Positions 8,020 to 18,212 are shown, counted from the first letter of the stretch. The stretch is 64,000 nt of DNA from Alistipes sp. (GCA_045605785.1 JAZUQP010000002.1:38378-102377); one strand, 5' to 3'. Notes: generated by a model from the letters alone, not told the origin. Translations and numbers: made by a program.

Positions 8020-9597
8020 TTAGACATAGGGATCGTAGCGCCCGTCATCGTCGGGCAGCTCATCATCATAAAACTCTTCACAAAGCTCCTCGTAGAAGGG
8101 GGCGTAGTAGCGCTCAATCTCGACGGCATACTCCCGAAGGCGCCCCTCGTAGAAGGCGCAGAGCGTCTCGTACATCATGCGGGCCGAGCCGAGGCGGGCA
8201 CCCTTCAGGGCCACGCGATCACGCTCCGCTTCAGATAACTCGCACAAGTCGTTCGCAGCCAGCTCGAAAAGCATCTCACAACCATACTCCGACCCCATCT
8301 TCATCGCTCGCTCGTACCACAGGGCGGCCTTTTGGGTGTCGCGCTCGAGGTCATACTCTCCACTGCACCAAATATCACCCAAGCAGTCGGCAGCATCCGG
8401 CGAGCCGCCTTGCCACGCCTCCTCGAGGGCCATGAGGTAGCGCTTGAGGGCAATCATCTGCGTATAGGGGGGCATCGAGGGCCAATCACGGACGATTTCA
8501 CGAGCCGTGAGGTAGAGGCAGAGATTGTCGCGGCGCAGCGTCCCCTCGCGCAGCAGGCGCAGGTAGGTGGGACGGTCGGTCACCTCATCGGTGTTGTTGC
8601 AGCCGTAGTGGAAGATCACGGAGCTCCAGGCCTGCGAGGCACCTAACTCGGCCGCCCTCTCAAAGTCGCCCACGGCAGCCTCGGGCCCCTCGATCTGCTC
8701 GATGGCACACCCTCGACGGAAGTACCACATGGGGTCGGGGTCGATACCCTCCGTCTCGTCACGCTCGATGAGTTGGTTGGCCATCTCTACCGCCTTTTGG
8801 GGATCTTCGCTTACCCCGTGCTTGCCGTAGATGAGGTTGAGCAGCTGAATCGAGGCAGCATAGCTGCTCCCCTTCGAGATTGCCGCCTCGAGGTAGTTGT
8901 CGGCACGCGTGCGATCCACCTCGTCGGCATCGCCATGGTACCATACCAGGTAGAGTGCGGCAGCGGCATCCGCCACCCCACCCTCGAAGGCTCGCTCCAA
9001 CCACTGCACCCCCTTTTGGGCATAGTTCTCCTCACGGCACAGCGACAGCAGCGTGCGACCATAGGCGAATTGGGCCATAGGACTCCCCGCCTCGGCACGC
9101 TCACGAATCAACTCGATACTCTCAGAATTGAGGAGGAAGGCGTTGCCAAAGTAGGAGAAGATACGCACCCACTCCACGGCGGCCCGCTTGTCGCTCTCGA
9201 TGGTGGGCAGCAGCGCACGCACCAAGCTGTTCATCGAGCCACGATTGCGCATCTCGCGCAGGGCGGGGTACTCCTTCGGTACCCCCACCTCGGAAAGCGA
9301 GAGGTGGAAGAAGATGCGATCTTCGGGCTTGGGGCCCTCCCCCGGGGGATAGGCGTCGAGCTCCAGCGCCGCATCACCGTGGCGCAATATATAGTGTTTC
9401 GCGCGGTAGTCAAACTCCAAAATCTCGCCGTCGTAGTAGCTCACCACGGGGGCTGCCCCCTCGATGGGCCACGACGGAAGGGGCTGACGGGCCACTATAT
9501 CCGTGGCGGAGAGTTCGATGGTCTGCTCCAGGCGCGTTACGCGCTCATCGCACATGCAGAACGAGCGATAGCAATTTATCTTACAGGCGTTACTCAT
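8020..9597 (-). CDS. Sel1-like/TPR repeat protein
   Basis: AQFAYG..KGVQWLERA, AADCLGDIW..ERDTQKAALWYERA repeats; acidic C-terminus. Confidence 0.8.
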   Translation of the reverse strand: MSNACKINCYRSFCMCDERVTRLEQTIELSATDIVARQPLPSWPIEGAAPVVSYYDGEILEFDYRAKHYILRHGDAALELDAYPPGEGPKPEDRIFFHLSLSEVGVPKEYPALREMRNRGSMNSLVRALLPTIESDKRAAVEWVRIFSYFGNAFLLNSESIELIRERAEAGSPMAQFAYGRTLLSLCREENYAQKGVQWLERAFEGGVADAAAALYLVWYHGDADEVDRTRADNYLEAAISKGSSYAASIQLLNLIYGKHGVSEDPQKAVEMANQLIERDETEGIDPDPMWYFRRGCAIEQIEGPEAAVGDFERAAELGASQAWSSVIFHYGCNNTDEVTDRPTYLRLLREGTLRRDNLCLYLTAREIVRDWPSMPPYTQMIALKRYLMALEEAWQGGSPDAADCLGDIWCSGEYDLERDTQKAALWYERAMKMGSEYGCEMLFELAANDLCELSEAERDRVALKGARLGSARMMYETLCAFYEGRLREYAVEIERYYAPFYEELCEEFYDDELPDDDGRYDPYV

Positions 9598-9612
9598 ATC
9601 TTGCTTACCTAT

Positions 9613-12420
9613 TCAAATAATGAAAACTTCAAATTCGTTTGATTCGATTCCATCGACCGTAACCCCCTTCTCGAGGAGCTCGTCAATCAGCCGATTCTCC
9701 TCCCTCTTGGCCTTGATGAGGTTGTTCAGTGCCTCCTCGTAGAGGCGGAAGGCCTCGGACGACTCCTTGATGTATTGGCGGTACTCACGCATGCGAGGTC
9801 CCACCTGCAAGAGGGCCGTAGTGGCCGACACACGCCCCACGGAGAGGGTGGCAAAGTGGAGCTTGAGGGTGTTAATCATCGAAATCACCTGCTCGTTGCG
9901 CCCCTTGACGCGCAGCAGGCTGTAGTTATCGCCCGTGAGCGACTGCACCCTGAAGGAGCGATAGATCGTACCGTCGGCACCCCGCACAAAGCGCGACACG
10001 GTGTGGTACTGCACCTCGTTGAGATCATCGTAGAACTCCTCGAAGGCCTCCTGGCTGTCGTCGCAGTTGTCGAAGTACTCGTTGATGGCCGAGGCCGAGC
10101 AGTTGTCGGGCTCCTCCCAACCAAATTCGGGAGCCGCCTGCCCATCCGACGAGATCAGATAGGGCTCGGCAGGAGCCATGACAGCCGCCACATCGTTGCG
10201 CTCGCCAATGGCCGGCACCGAGAGCTTGGGCATCCCCTTGTGGAGCTTGAGGTCGTAGAAGATAAACTGCCCCGAGCTCCAACCGCCACACTTCAACCAG
10301 AACATCAGCTGGTGGCAACGCTCGATGGGCACGGTATAGGAGGTGGGCTGCATATCGGCATGCACCTGCATCTCGGCCACCACCTCGCCGTCGGCACCGA
10401 TGAGCAGGGTCTCCGCCTCGTCACCCTTCAGGTCGATGGTGTCGATGGTGTTGTGGGGCACACGGCAGGCCACCTTGAAGGTCAGGTAGTCGTACTCGCC
10501 CCAGGTGTTGAAGGCGGCACACGACGACTCGTGGGCCTCACCTCCTGCCGCCAGCGCCAGGAAGGCTCCGAAGGGACAAACCGCCGAGAGCGAGGCACCA
10601 CCCACCGAGCCCAACATAATCGAGGAGCCGAACATGGGGGCCATGATGGCAGCCGAGGGGTCGGATCCGGGGCCCATCTCCATATCGAAGTGAACGCTGG
10701 TCTTCAAGAGGAAGCCCTTGTGGATGCGGCTTCCGTCGGGCATCGAGAAGTACTCGCGCTGGGTCGAACCGTCGAAGAGTATTTTGGCATCGCCGGCCGA
10801 GCTCACATAGTGGATATAGGGCTTCGAGAGGTCGATCAGGTCGATCTCGTCGGGGCACTCGGGCTGCTGGTGGTCGAAGAGGTCGTTCTCGACATACTCG
10901 CCACGATAGACCACCATATCGGCCAGGCCGAAGGCGGGATGGCTCATGCTTGTCACGCCGGCCTTCTCGAACTTGAGCGTGCGGCACTTGTGGATGGGCA
11001 GCAGGTAGCTGTGGTTGGGGGCCGTAGCCTTCAGGGGCACCTGCAAAACAAGGGTCGTATCGGCATAGACGCGCAACCAATCATCCTTCAGGACGCCGCA
11101 CTTGCCTACCCAGCCCGTGGTGAAGCTCACATAGTCGAACTCGCCCCCCAGGTTGAAGATGACATGAGCACCCGTATTGTTGTGGAAGAAGTTGGTCGAA
11201 GATTGCAAGACCACACCCTCGCTGTACTTGATACCACCCATCGAGAAGGTCACATGCTGCGACTTATCCTCAAAGAGGGCCGACTCGCGCGACATACCGC
11301 CACCGATGGCAAAGGGCGGGATGTTGGAGATGAGCTTGCAGACATCGGGCAGCGACTTCAGGTGGTCCGAGGCGAGATACTCCTGCTCCGAGCCGTTGCC
11401 AAGCGGCCTCTCCTGCTCGTCGGTATAGCCTGCCGGATAGAGCATCATCTTGGCCACGCCGATATCGAGCGAGCCCGAGGAGTTCTCCGACGAGAATCCC
11501 AACGAGCGACAACCCGTCACATCGAGCGAAATCTCGACGGGCAGCTCCCCCTCGATAATCTCCTTTTCGTAGAGAATCTTGCCGTCAGCATATACCGTAA
11601 GCCAACCCGACTCAAGGGTGCCGTCATCGGTATCAATGGCACCCGTGATGAAGCGCAGACGCTCGAATTGACCCCCGATGTTGAAGTGTGTATAGCCCAG
11701 CGCATTGCCAATCAGCGCCATGCCGGCACGGCAGTAGAGACCATCTTTGTAGGTCGAACCTCCGAGGCGCACCTCGCCCTCTTCGGCCTCGACAAAGTCC
11801 AGACCGCGATCGTAGAACTCCTCGTTGGACGAGAAGACCTTGTGGTTGGAACGGAAGGGCATCAAATCGCGGCACAACATCGTCGGCTTGGGCTCGGCAT
11901 GGGTCAGTTCACCCACCTCGTAGGGGGTCTGGTCGGCACGCCACAGCACAGGCATCGCAACGGCAAAGTCGAGATCATCGACAGCAATCTCGAAGCGCAG
12001 CTTGTGTACCCCCTCGACATCGAGTGTAATGCGTTCGTTACCATCGTTCGACGAGAAGACACGGTCGAGCAGCTTGCGGCCGTCGCCCCGAATCACCATG
12101 ATACCCTTACGATCGGGTGGCGTGCGCAGAAGCGTACCTCGGATAAACGAGAGGGTCTTATACTTGCCCCCGAGGTCGTACTCGCGCCAACCGCACTCGT
12201 CACTGCCATTCGACGAGCCCACATAAAAGGCGTGCGGATAGTTCACTCCGCCAAGCTGCATATACTTATGCCACTTGGGATCGGTTACGGAGCTCCACTT
12301 CTCGCTCACGATATCGAGGGTGTCGAGAAATACGGGCTCACTCTTCTGGGTCTGTGCCGACAGGGTACCTGCCACAGCGCAGAAGAGCAGTCCCAAAAAT
12401 AGTCTTGCGGCTCTATTCAT
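9613..12420 (-). CDS. Large secreted protein with tandem NPCBM/NEW2-like domains
   Basis: Signal peptide; repeated modules (YDLGGKYKTLSF..DGRKLL..ITLDVEGVHKLRF; FNIGGQFERLRF..ADGKIL..ISLDVTGCRSL; FNLGGEFDYVSF..YLLPIHKCRTL); helical C-terminus. Confidence 0.75.
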   Translation of the reverse strand: MNRAARLFLGLLFCAVAGTLSAQTQKSEPVFLDTLDIVSEKWSSVTDPKWHKYMQLGGVNYPHAFYVGSSNGSDECGWREYDLGGKYKTLSFIRGTLLRTPPDRKGIMVIRGDGRKLLDRVFSSNDGNERITLDVEGVHKLRFEIAVDDLDFAVAMPVLWRADQTPYEVGELTHAEPKPTMLCRDLMPFRSNHKVFSSNEEFYDRGLDFVEAEEGEVRLGGSTYKDGLYCRAGMALIGNALGYTHFNIGGQFERLRFITGAIDTDDGTLESGWLTVYADGKILYEKEIIEGELPVEISLDVTGCRSLGFSSENSSGSLDIGVAKMMLYPAGYTDEQERPLGNGSEQEYLASDHLKSLPDVCKLISNIPPFAIGGGMSRESALFEDKSQHVTFSMGGIKYSEGVVLQSSTNFFHNNTGAHVIFNLGGEFDYVSFTTGWVGKCGVLKDDWLRVYADTTLVLQVPLKATAPNHSYLLPIHKCRTLKFEKAGVTSMSHPAFGLADMVVYRGEYVENDLFDHQQPECPDEIDLIDLSKPYIHYVSSAGDAKILFDGSTQREYFSMPDGSRIHKGFLLKTSVHFDMEMGPGSDPSAAIMAPMFGSSIMLGSVGGASLSAVCPFGAFLALAAGGEAHESSCAAFNTWGEYDYLTFKVACRVPHNTIDTIDLKGDEAETLLIGADGEVVAEMQVHADMQPTSYTVPIERCHQLMFWLKCGGWSSGQFIFYDLKLHKGMPKLSVPAIGERNDVAAVMAPAEPYLISSDGQAAPEFGWEEPDNCSASAINEYFDNCDDSQEAFEEFYDDLNEVQYHTVSRFVRGADGTIYRSFRVQSLTGDNYSLLRVKGRNEQVISMINTLKLHFATLSVGRVSATTALLQVGPRMREYRQYIKESSEAFRLYEEALNNLIKAKREENRLIDELLEKGVTVDGIESNEFEVFII

Positions 12421-12460
12421 TGCTATTGGGGTTTCGTAGTTAAACTTCGCCTGACTTCGC

Positions 12461-13099
12461 CTAATCGAACATCACGCGGGGATTCATCGTGGCAGGGCTG
12501 CGCCACTCGATGCCGAACTCCTCCTCAAGGACCCGACGACGCTCATACCAGAAGGCGTGGCAGAAACCCATGCCTCGGGGTTGATCCTCCAGACGGGCAT
12601 AGGTCATGCGGTCGGCCTCGTCGATTACCTCCTCCCAACGGGCACTCCACTCCACGGGGTCGCGTTTGAGGTAGCCCGATTCGCTGATCTCGTCGTAGGC
12701 ACCACGGTCAGCCGCCTCGATGTTCTTCCTCAAAAGGGCAATCTGCTCCTCCAGGGACTCCTCCTTTTCGGTCGCATGGTGGAGGGCCATCTCCAGAAGG
12801 CGGAGCTTCAGGCGCGGATGCCCATAGAGCACCTCGGCCATACGCAGGGCTGCACGGTGCATCGAGTCGTGCGACTCCTCACTCCCCGCAAAGGGGGCCG
12901 CATAGCGCAACATCTCTTGGGCCAGGGAGCCCACCTCCCACTCGCTCTCCTGGCTGCCGACCAGCTCCTCGGCAAGGAGCACCGTGGCATAAACAGCCTC
13001 TTCAAACGAGCCCTTCATCTGCTCATCTGCGGGCATCGAAGCCTCGCCTATCTCCGCTCGAAGCTCACGAAGAGCCTCACGATAATCCATCTTTTCCAT
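12461..13099 (-). CDS. Conserved hypothetical protein
   Basis: Host-like codon usage; distinctive C-terminus DPVEWSARWEEVIDEAD..RGMGFCHAFW..IEWRSPATMNPRVMFD; first gene of the minus-strand cluster. Confidence 0.75.
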   Translation of the reverse strand: MEKMDYREALRELRAEIGEASMPADEQMKGSFEEAVYATVLLAEELVGSQESEWEVGSLAQEMLRYAAPFAGSEESHDSMHRAALRMAEVLYGHPRLKLRLLEMALHHATEKEESLEEQIALLRKNIEAADRGAYDEISESGYLKRDPVEWSARWEEVIDEADRMTYARLEDQPRGMGFCHAFWYERRRVLEEEFGIEWRSPATMNPRVMFD

Positions 13100-13251
13100 A
13101 ACCTGATTACTTCAATTATAAAACAAATATCGGCATTTTTTTTTATTTTGTGCTATCATTGGATAAATTTTATCGGATGAACGCCCCCACTCGGGGTAAT
13201 ATGTGGCAAAAAATCGCTAACTTTGACTCATTGAAAACCGACAGCTGCGCT

Positions 13252-14739
13252 ATGAAGTCAAATCTGAAAAACCTCACATTCGCGGTGGCCATCCTGCTTG
13301 CGACCGCAGGGTGCAGCTCACCCCACACGGAGTATGAGCGAATCGAGCCGAGCAACCGAATCGGAAAGTTGCTCGAACACAACAACCCCATCTCGCCCAC
13401 GGTATTCTGTGCCGACCCCACCGCCGTGGAGTACGAGGGGCGCCTCTACATCTACGGCACCAACGACCACCAACAATACCTCAACGCCCCCGAAAATGGC
13501 TATGAGAAGATCAAATCGCTGGTCTGCTTCTCGACCGACGACATGGTCAATTGGAGCTACCACGGCGTGATCGACACCGAGGAGAAGGCCCCCTGGATTG
13601 TCAATTCGTGGGCACCCTCGATTGTGAGCCGCCGAGAGGAGGATGGCCTCACCCACTTCTACCTCTACTTCTCGAACAGCGGTTGCGGCGTGGGTATCCT
13701 CACCGCCACCCATCCGCTGGGGCCCTGGCGCGATGCGAAGGGGAGCCCGCTGGTCTATCAGGGCATGCCCGAGATTGGCGACTGCCCCCACCCCTTCGAC
13801 CCGGGGGCCTGCATCGACGCAGAGGGGGTAGGCTATGTGGCCTTTGGTGCCGGCACCGCCCGACACGGCACCCCCGAGATGCCGGGCGTGTCGCGCATTG
13901 CACGCCTCGGAAGCGACATGATCAGCTGCGACACCATCATCGAGGTCAAGACCCCCTACATCTTCGAGGCCCACGAGCTCAACTACATCAACGGCACCTA
14001 CCTCTACACCTATAATAACAATTGGCTGCCGCGCAACCCCGCCACCTGGAACTACCCCGACTACGACCTCCCCGCGATATGCAGCATGGCCTACATGAGC
14101 TCCCAAACGCCGATGGATGCCGAGAGCTGGGTCTATCGTGGCGACTACTTCCCCAACCCGGGCGATGTGGGGATGCAGCACAGCAACAACCACACCCACT
14201 TCTTGAAGTACAAGGGGGTGTACTACATCCTCTACCACTCGCTTAACCTGCAAGACAACCTCGGCATACGAGGGGGATTCCGCAGCATGATGGTCGAGCG
14301 CCTGAACTTCGACGAGGAGCGTACCGAAATCCTGCCGACACGCGGCACACACCGCGGTGTGGAGGCCATCACACCCTTCAACCCCTACCGCACGACACGA
14401 GGCACCACCCACTCGCACGCTGCCGACATTGGGTATGCAGAGGAGGAGAGCCCCGAGGGCATCACCGCCTACAGCAAGTGTGCCGGAGCCTGGCTCGCCC
14501 TGAGCAATGTAGCCTTCCCGAAGGGGGCCTCGTCTTTGGTGGCAACCCTCGCAGGTGAGGGGTATGTCGAAGTGCGTGCCGACTCACCGGAGGGCCCCAC
14601 CCTCGCCTACCTGCCCTGCAACGGGGAGCCGAGCCGCGTGCGCGTCCCACTGCGCCACCCGATCCACGACACCCAAAAGCTCTTCTTCCTCTTCTCCGAG
14701 GAGAATATCCGACTTATTGATTGGCGATTTAAGCGGTAA
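13252..14739 (+). CDS. Glycoside hydrolase family 43 lipoprotein with a C-terminal CBM6-like domain
   Basis: ADPTAVEYEGRLYIYGTND, WAPS, FDP, FEA, NNHTHF motifs; lipobox AGC; start at MKSNLK, 26 nt after TAACTTTG (13218-13225). Confidence 0.92.
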   Translation: MKSNLKNLTFAVAILLATAGCSSPHTEYERIEPSNRIGKLLEHNNPISPTVFCADPTAVEYEGRLYIYGTNDHQQYLNAPENGYEKIKSLVCFSTDDMVNWSYHGVIDTEEKAPWIVNSWAPSIVSRREEDGLTHFYLYFSNSGCGVGILTATHPLGPWRDAKGSPLVYQGMPEIGDCPHPFDPGACIDAEGVGYVAFGAGTARHGTPEMPGVSRIARLGSDMISCDTIIEVKTPYIFEAHELNYINGTYLYTYNNNWLPRNPATWNYPDYDLPAICSMAYMSSQTPMDAESWVYRGDYFPNPGDVGMQHSNNHTHFLKYKGVYYILYHSLNLQDNLGIRGGFRSMMVERLNFDEERTEILPTRGTHRGVEAITPFNPYRTTRGTTHSHAADIGYAEEESPEGITAYSKCAGAWLALSNVAFPKGASSLVATLAGEGYVEVRADSPEGPTLAYLPCNGEPSRVRVPLRHPIHDTQKLFFLFSEENIRLIDWRFKR

Positions 14740-14798
14740 CGGCTCTTCGCTCCGACTTCATCGTACAAGGGATGCAAAGTGAATTTTTTGCGCTACAT

Positions 14799-14829
14799 TT
14801 TGCAGATACGATTTTTTTTTCTACTTTTG
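14799..14829 (+). promoter_or_regulatory. tRNA promoter (-33/-7)
   Basis: TTTG (14799-14802), 19-bp spacer, TACTTTTG (14822-14829). Confidence 0.75.
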
Positions 14830-14868
14830 CACCACCAAAATGGGGGAGAAATCCCAATTTTGACCGGA

Positions 14869-14944
14869 GATCTCGTAGCTCAGCCGGTAGAGCACAACAC
14901 TTTTAATGTTGGGGTCCTGGGTTCGAGCCCCAGCGGGATCACCA
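14869..14944 (+). tRNA. trnK: tRNA-Lys(UUU)
   Basis: Acceptor GATCTCG/CGGGATC, anticodon arm CAACA-CTTTTAA-TGTTG, GGTTCGAGCC T-arm, encoded CCA. Confidence 0.97.
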
Positions 14945-14983
14945 AAACAACGAGGAAACCTTCATGGTCTCCTCGTTGTTTTT
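14945..14983 (+). terminator. Intrinsic terminator after tRNA-Lys
   Basis: AAACAACGAGGA..TCCTCGTTGTTTTT hairpin with T-tract. Confidence 0.8.
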
Positions 14984-15085
14984 ATGTTTCTGTTGGGCTG
15001 CTCGAACCCGGAATACTCCTCCCTCCCAGGGAGGTTGGGAGGGTGTAAACAACATGAGCACACGATTGCCTACGCAGTAGCGCAA

Positions 15086-15151
15086 TCGAGCCCCAGCGGG
15101 ATCACGAAAACAACGAGGAAGCCCATTGGCCTCCTCGCTATTTTTATGTTT
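15086..15151 (+). repeat. Direct-repeat copy of the tRNA-Lys 3' end plus terminator
   Basis: TCGAGCCCCAGCGGGATCAC-aaaacaacgagga..ctcctcg..ttttatgttt repeats 14923-14989 at a 163-bp offset. Confidence 0.9.
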
Positions 15152-15203
15152 AGGATTTCCATCCGCGTTGCCTTCCCTGGCAATGTCGGTTTTGTCGAGT
15201 TAA

Positions 15204-15947
15204 TTATTCTCCTCTTTTTTTCAGCCTATCTTTCAGCGTCTGCCAAAAGATGGTGTACTGGCTTAACACTGCTCGCGGACCCTCGATACCGATGTTGCCA
15301 TATCGGCGAGAATCGGTTTCAATCCAAACTCCGTTGTTAATTTGAAAGGTAGTATCTGTCTGTTCTCGCAGATTATGTATCTTAAGCGTGAGAGGATTTT
15401 CCACCTCTTTATCAGCAATGGAAACTTCAACCCGTCCTGACTGTTTCCTGTAGAATATATCGTAAACGACACGCTCTATTCGGGTGTTTGGCATGGCCAC
15501 CGCGAAATCGAGGACAAGGATAGCCCCCAAAAGAAACCATTTGCTGAAAGGTTTGCTCTGCTCTGTTTCGGATGCCTTCATAAAGATTGGAAGTACAGAA
15601 CTTACCAGGACAACACACAGAGCCAACAGAGAAAGCGAGTATTCGTATAACTGCTGCTCCCAATAAGTTGAAAGTTCCAACCATTTACAAACAGCCTCTA
15701 CCTCGCCTAATTTCCAACAGGCAATCAATCCTCCCAAAAAAAGAGCGAATCCACCGTAGATTAGATATTGTACCGTTTGGGGCAGTTTGCGCAGATTAAA
15801 CCACGCAATTCCCACCGCACACAGCATCAAAAGCAGATAGTGCAGAGTCAGTCGATACACAAACCAACCCTCAAACAAGTAGTGAATAATAATGATTGCC
15901 GCAAGGCTTGCAAGAACCCTCAAGGTGCGCAGTAGAACACTTTTCAT
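15204..15947 (-). CDS. Hypothetical membrane protein in an AT-richer islet
   Basis: 247-aa ORF with several hydrophobic segments; composition differs from flanking genes. Confidence 0.6.
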   Translation of the reverse strand: MKSVLLRTLRVLASLAAIIIIHYLFEGWFVYRLTLHYLLLMLCAVGIAWFNLRKLPQTVQYLIYGGFALFLGGLIACWKLGEVEAVCKWLELSTYWEQQLYEYSLSLLALCVVLVSSVLPIFMKASETEQSKPFSKWFLLGAILVLDFAVAMPNTRIERVVYDIFYRKQSGRVEVSIADKEVENPLTLKIHNLREQTDTTFQINNGVWIETDSRRYGNIGIEGPRAVLSQYTIFWQTLKDRLKKRGE

Positions 15948-16338
15948 AGGAAATCGTATTTGAATAATGTAGGATTAAATAGTCATCTACAAAGCTACTC
16001 AAAAAAAACAATTTTACAAACACATCGACACCCTTTCTTCTTTGAGATTGCATATTTGTAATCCGACCGTGTCGTTGGCTCTCTGACTCCTTTTATTTCC
16101 AATTTCTTTTTCTTTGAACCGGCTATTTGTATAAAATGCAGTCGCTCTTCAAACTTGTCGCCCCATAAGTAGTAGTATAACAAATCCTGCCGCACAGAGA
16201 TGTACTATAAGATGATGCACTATAAGGATATAGAAATAGTTGCATAAAAACTTCCGATATAAATTTCGTTTATAAAATTTGGCAATCCGATAGTGCGGTG
16301 TTATCTTTGTAGTAGGTAAAAACAGAAAAGATAAAACG

Positions 16339-16716
16339 ATGAAGACTATTTTGTATACTCTATTTGTAGCAACGATGATGGCTGGATGTAATAATTCAAA
16401 GACAACGAAGAGTTTTGATTCGGTAGATGCAACGCGCTTTGCTGAGGTGATTGAGAACGAGCAGGTACAAATAATTGACACGCGAACACCTGCGGAGTTC
16501 AGCGAGGGGCATATCCCGGGTGCAGTGAACATCGACATCAACGGCGAGGAGTTCGCAGCAAAGATTGCCGAATTGGACAAGTCGCGCCCCGTAGCGGTAT
16601 ATTGTCGTGGTGGTCGCAGAAGCAAGGTGGCTGCCGAGCATATGGCAGGCTGCGGACTGGAGGTTACGGAGCTCTCGGACGGCATTCTATCGTGGAAAGG
16701 CGAGATAGAGAAGTAG
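16339..16716 (+). CDS. Rhodanese-like domain lipoprotein
   Basis: IDTRTPAEFSEGHIPGA, VYCRGGRRS active site; lipobox AGC. Confidence 0.92.
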   Translation: MKTILYTLFVATMMAGCNNSKTTKSFDSVDATRFAEVIENEQVQIIDTRTPAEFSEGHIPGAVNIDINGEEFAAKIAELDKSRPVAVYCRGGRRSKVAAEHMAGCGLEVTELSDGILSWKGEIEK

Positions 16717-16944
16717 TTAGCATGTATGGTCGTGCAGCGTGCGCGTAAGGCGTATTGAGTATCAGAAAATAATGAAAAGTTTGAAGCCGACCATCTCGGC
16801 GGAATCACAAAAAAAGGGCGGAAACAGACCCTGTTCATCGTTGTTTTCGTGACAATTAAACGAAAATTGCAGCACAGGGATTGGGGAATAGATATTTTTT
16901 ACTACCTTTGTTAGTTAGATACAAACTACAAAAAAATAATAGCT

Positions 16945-18135
16945 ATGTGTAGAGCCCTTATTATTGGTGCCGGAGGTGTCGGTACCGTTGTTACTCAAAA
17001 GATTGCGGCCAACCCCATCTTCAGCGATGTGATGTTGGCGAGCCGCACGAAGGCGAAGTGCGACGCTGTGGCCGAGGCGATTGGCGGTGGTCGCGTGAAG
17101 ACCGCCCAGGTGGATGCCGACTCGGTAGCCGAGCTCTGCGAGCTCTTCCGCTCGTTCCGTCCCGACATCGTGGTGAATGTGGCCCTCCCCTACCAGGACC
17201 TCACCATCATGGATGCCTGCCTGGAGTGTGGTTGCAACTACCTCGACACGGCCAACTACGAGCCCAAGGATGAGGCTCACTTCGAGTATTCGTGGCAGTG
17301 GGCCTACCAGGATCGCATCAAGGAGAAGGGGCTGACGGCCATCCTCGGCTGCGGCTTTGACCCGGGTGTAACGGCCATCTTCACGGCCTATGCTGCCAAG
17401 CACCACTTCGACGAGATTCACTACCTCGACATCGTGGATTGCAATGCCGGTAACCACGGCATGGCCTTCGCCACCAACTTCAACCCCGAGATCAACATCC
17501 GCGAGGTGACGCAGAAGGGTCGCTACTACGAGAATGGCAAGTGGATCGTTACGGAGCCCCACGAGATTCACAAGCCGCTGAACTACCCCGAGATTGGCGA
17601 GCGTGAGTCGTATGTAATCTACCACGAGGAGCTGGAGTCGCTCGTGAAGAACTACCCCACCATCAAGCGCGCACGCTTCTGGATGACCTTTGGTCAGGAG
17701 TACCTGACCCACCTGCGTGTGATTCAGAATATCGGCATGGCCCGCATCGATCCCATCATGTATAATGGTGTGGAGATTGTCCCCATTCAGTTCCTGAAGG
17801 CGGTGCTGCCCGATCCCAAGTCGCTGGGCGCCAACTACCACGGACAGACCTCGATCGGTTGCCGCATCAAGGGTATCAAGGATGGCAAGGAGCGCACCTA
17901 CTACATCTACAACAACTGCGACCACGAGACCGCCTTCAAGGAGACCGGTACGCAGGCCGTAAGCTTCACGACGGGTGTTCCCGCCGCATTGGGTGCCGCC
18001 ATGTGGGCCAAGGGGCTGTGGCGCGGTGCCGGCGTATTCAATGTCGAGGAGTTCGATCCCGATCCCTTCTTGGCCGAGCTGGGCGAGCAGGGTCTGCCCT
18101 GGAAGGAGCTGTTCGATGTAAATCTGGAGGTGTAA
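16945..18135 (+). CDS. Saccharopine-dehydrogenase-family protein, probably carboxyspermidine/carboxynorspermidine dehydrogenase
   Basis: IIGAGGVG, YLDTANYEP, GCGFDPGVT, FATNFNPEINIREV, YHEELESL, QAVSFTTGVPA. Confidence 0.88.
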   Translation: MCRALIIGAGGVGTVVTQKIAANPIFSDVMLASRTKAKCDAVAEAIGGGRVKTAQVDADSVAELCELFRSFRPDIVVNVALPYQDLTIMDACLECGCNYLDTANYEPKDEAHFEYSWQWAYQDRIKEKGLTAILGCGFDPGVTAIFTAYAAKHHFDEIHYLDIVDCNAGNHGMAFATNFNPEINIREVTQKGRYYENGKWIVTEPHEIHKPLNYPEIGERESYVIYHEELESLVKNYPTIKRARFWMTFGQEYLTHLRVIQNIGMARIDPIMYNGVEIVPIQFLKAVLPDPKSLGANYHGQTSIGCRIKGIKDGKERTYYIYNNCDHETAFKETGTQAVSFTTGVPAALGAAMWAKGLWRGAGVFNVEEFDPDPFLAELGEQGLPWKELFDVNLEV

Positions 18136-18156
18136 AACCAACAGCGCACAAAAGAT

Positions 18157-18185
18157 GAAGAGGGAGCTTTCGGGCTCCCTCTTCT
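18157..18185. terminator. Hairpin between convergent genes
   Basis: GAAGAGGGAGC-tttcgg-GCTCCCTCTTC. Confidence 0.8.
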
Positions 18186-18212
18186 ATCTGTGAGTCAGAT
18201 GGTAATGATTGA

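Noticed and set aside
14779-15340. ORFs 14779-15048 and 14906-15340
   Set aside because: They overlap tRNA-Lys and its duplicated 3' end; spurious
15871-16195. Short ORFs 15871-16053 and 15995-16195 as genes or a pseudogene
   Set aside because: No recognisable similarity or convincing start context
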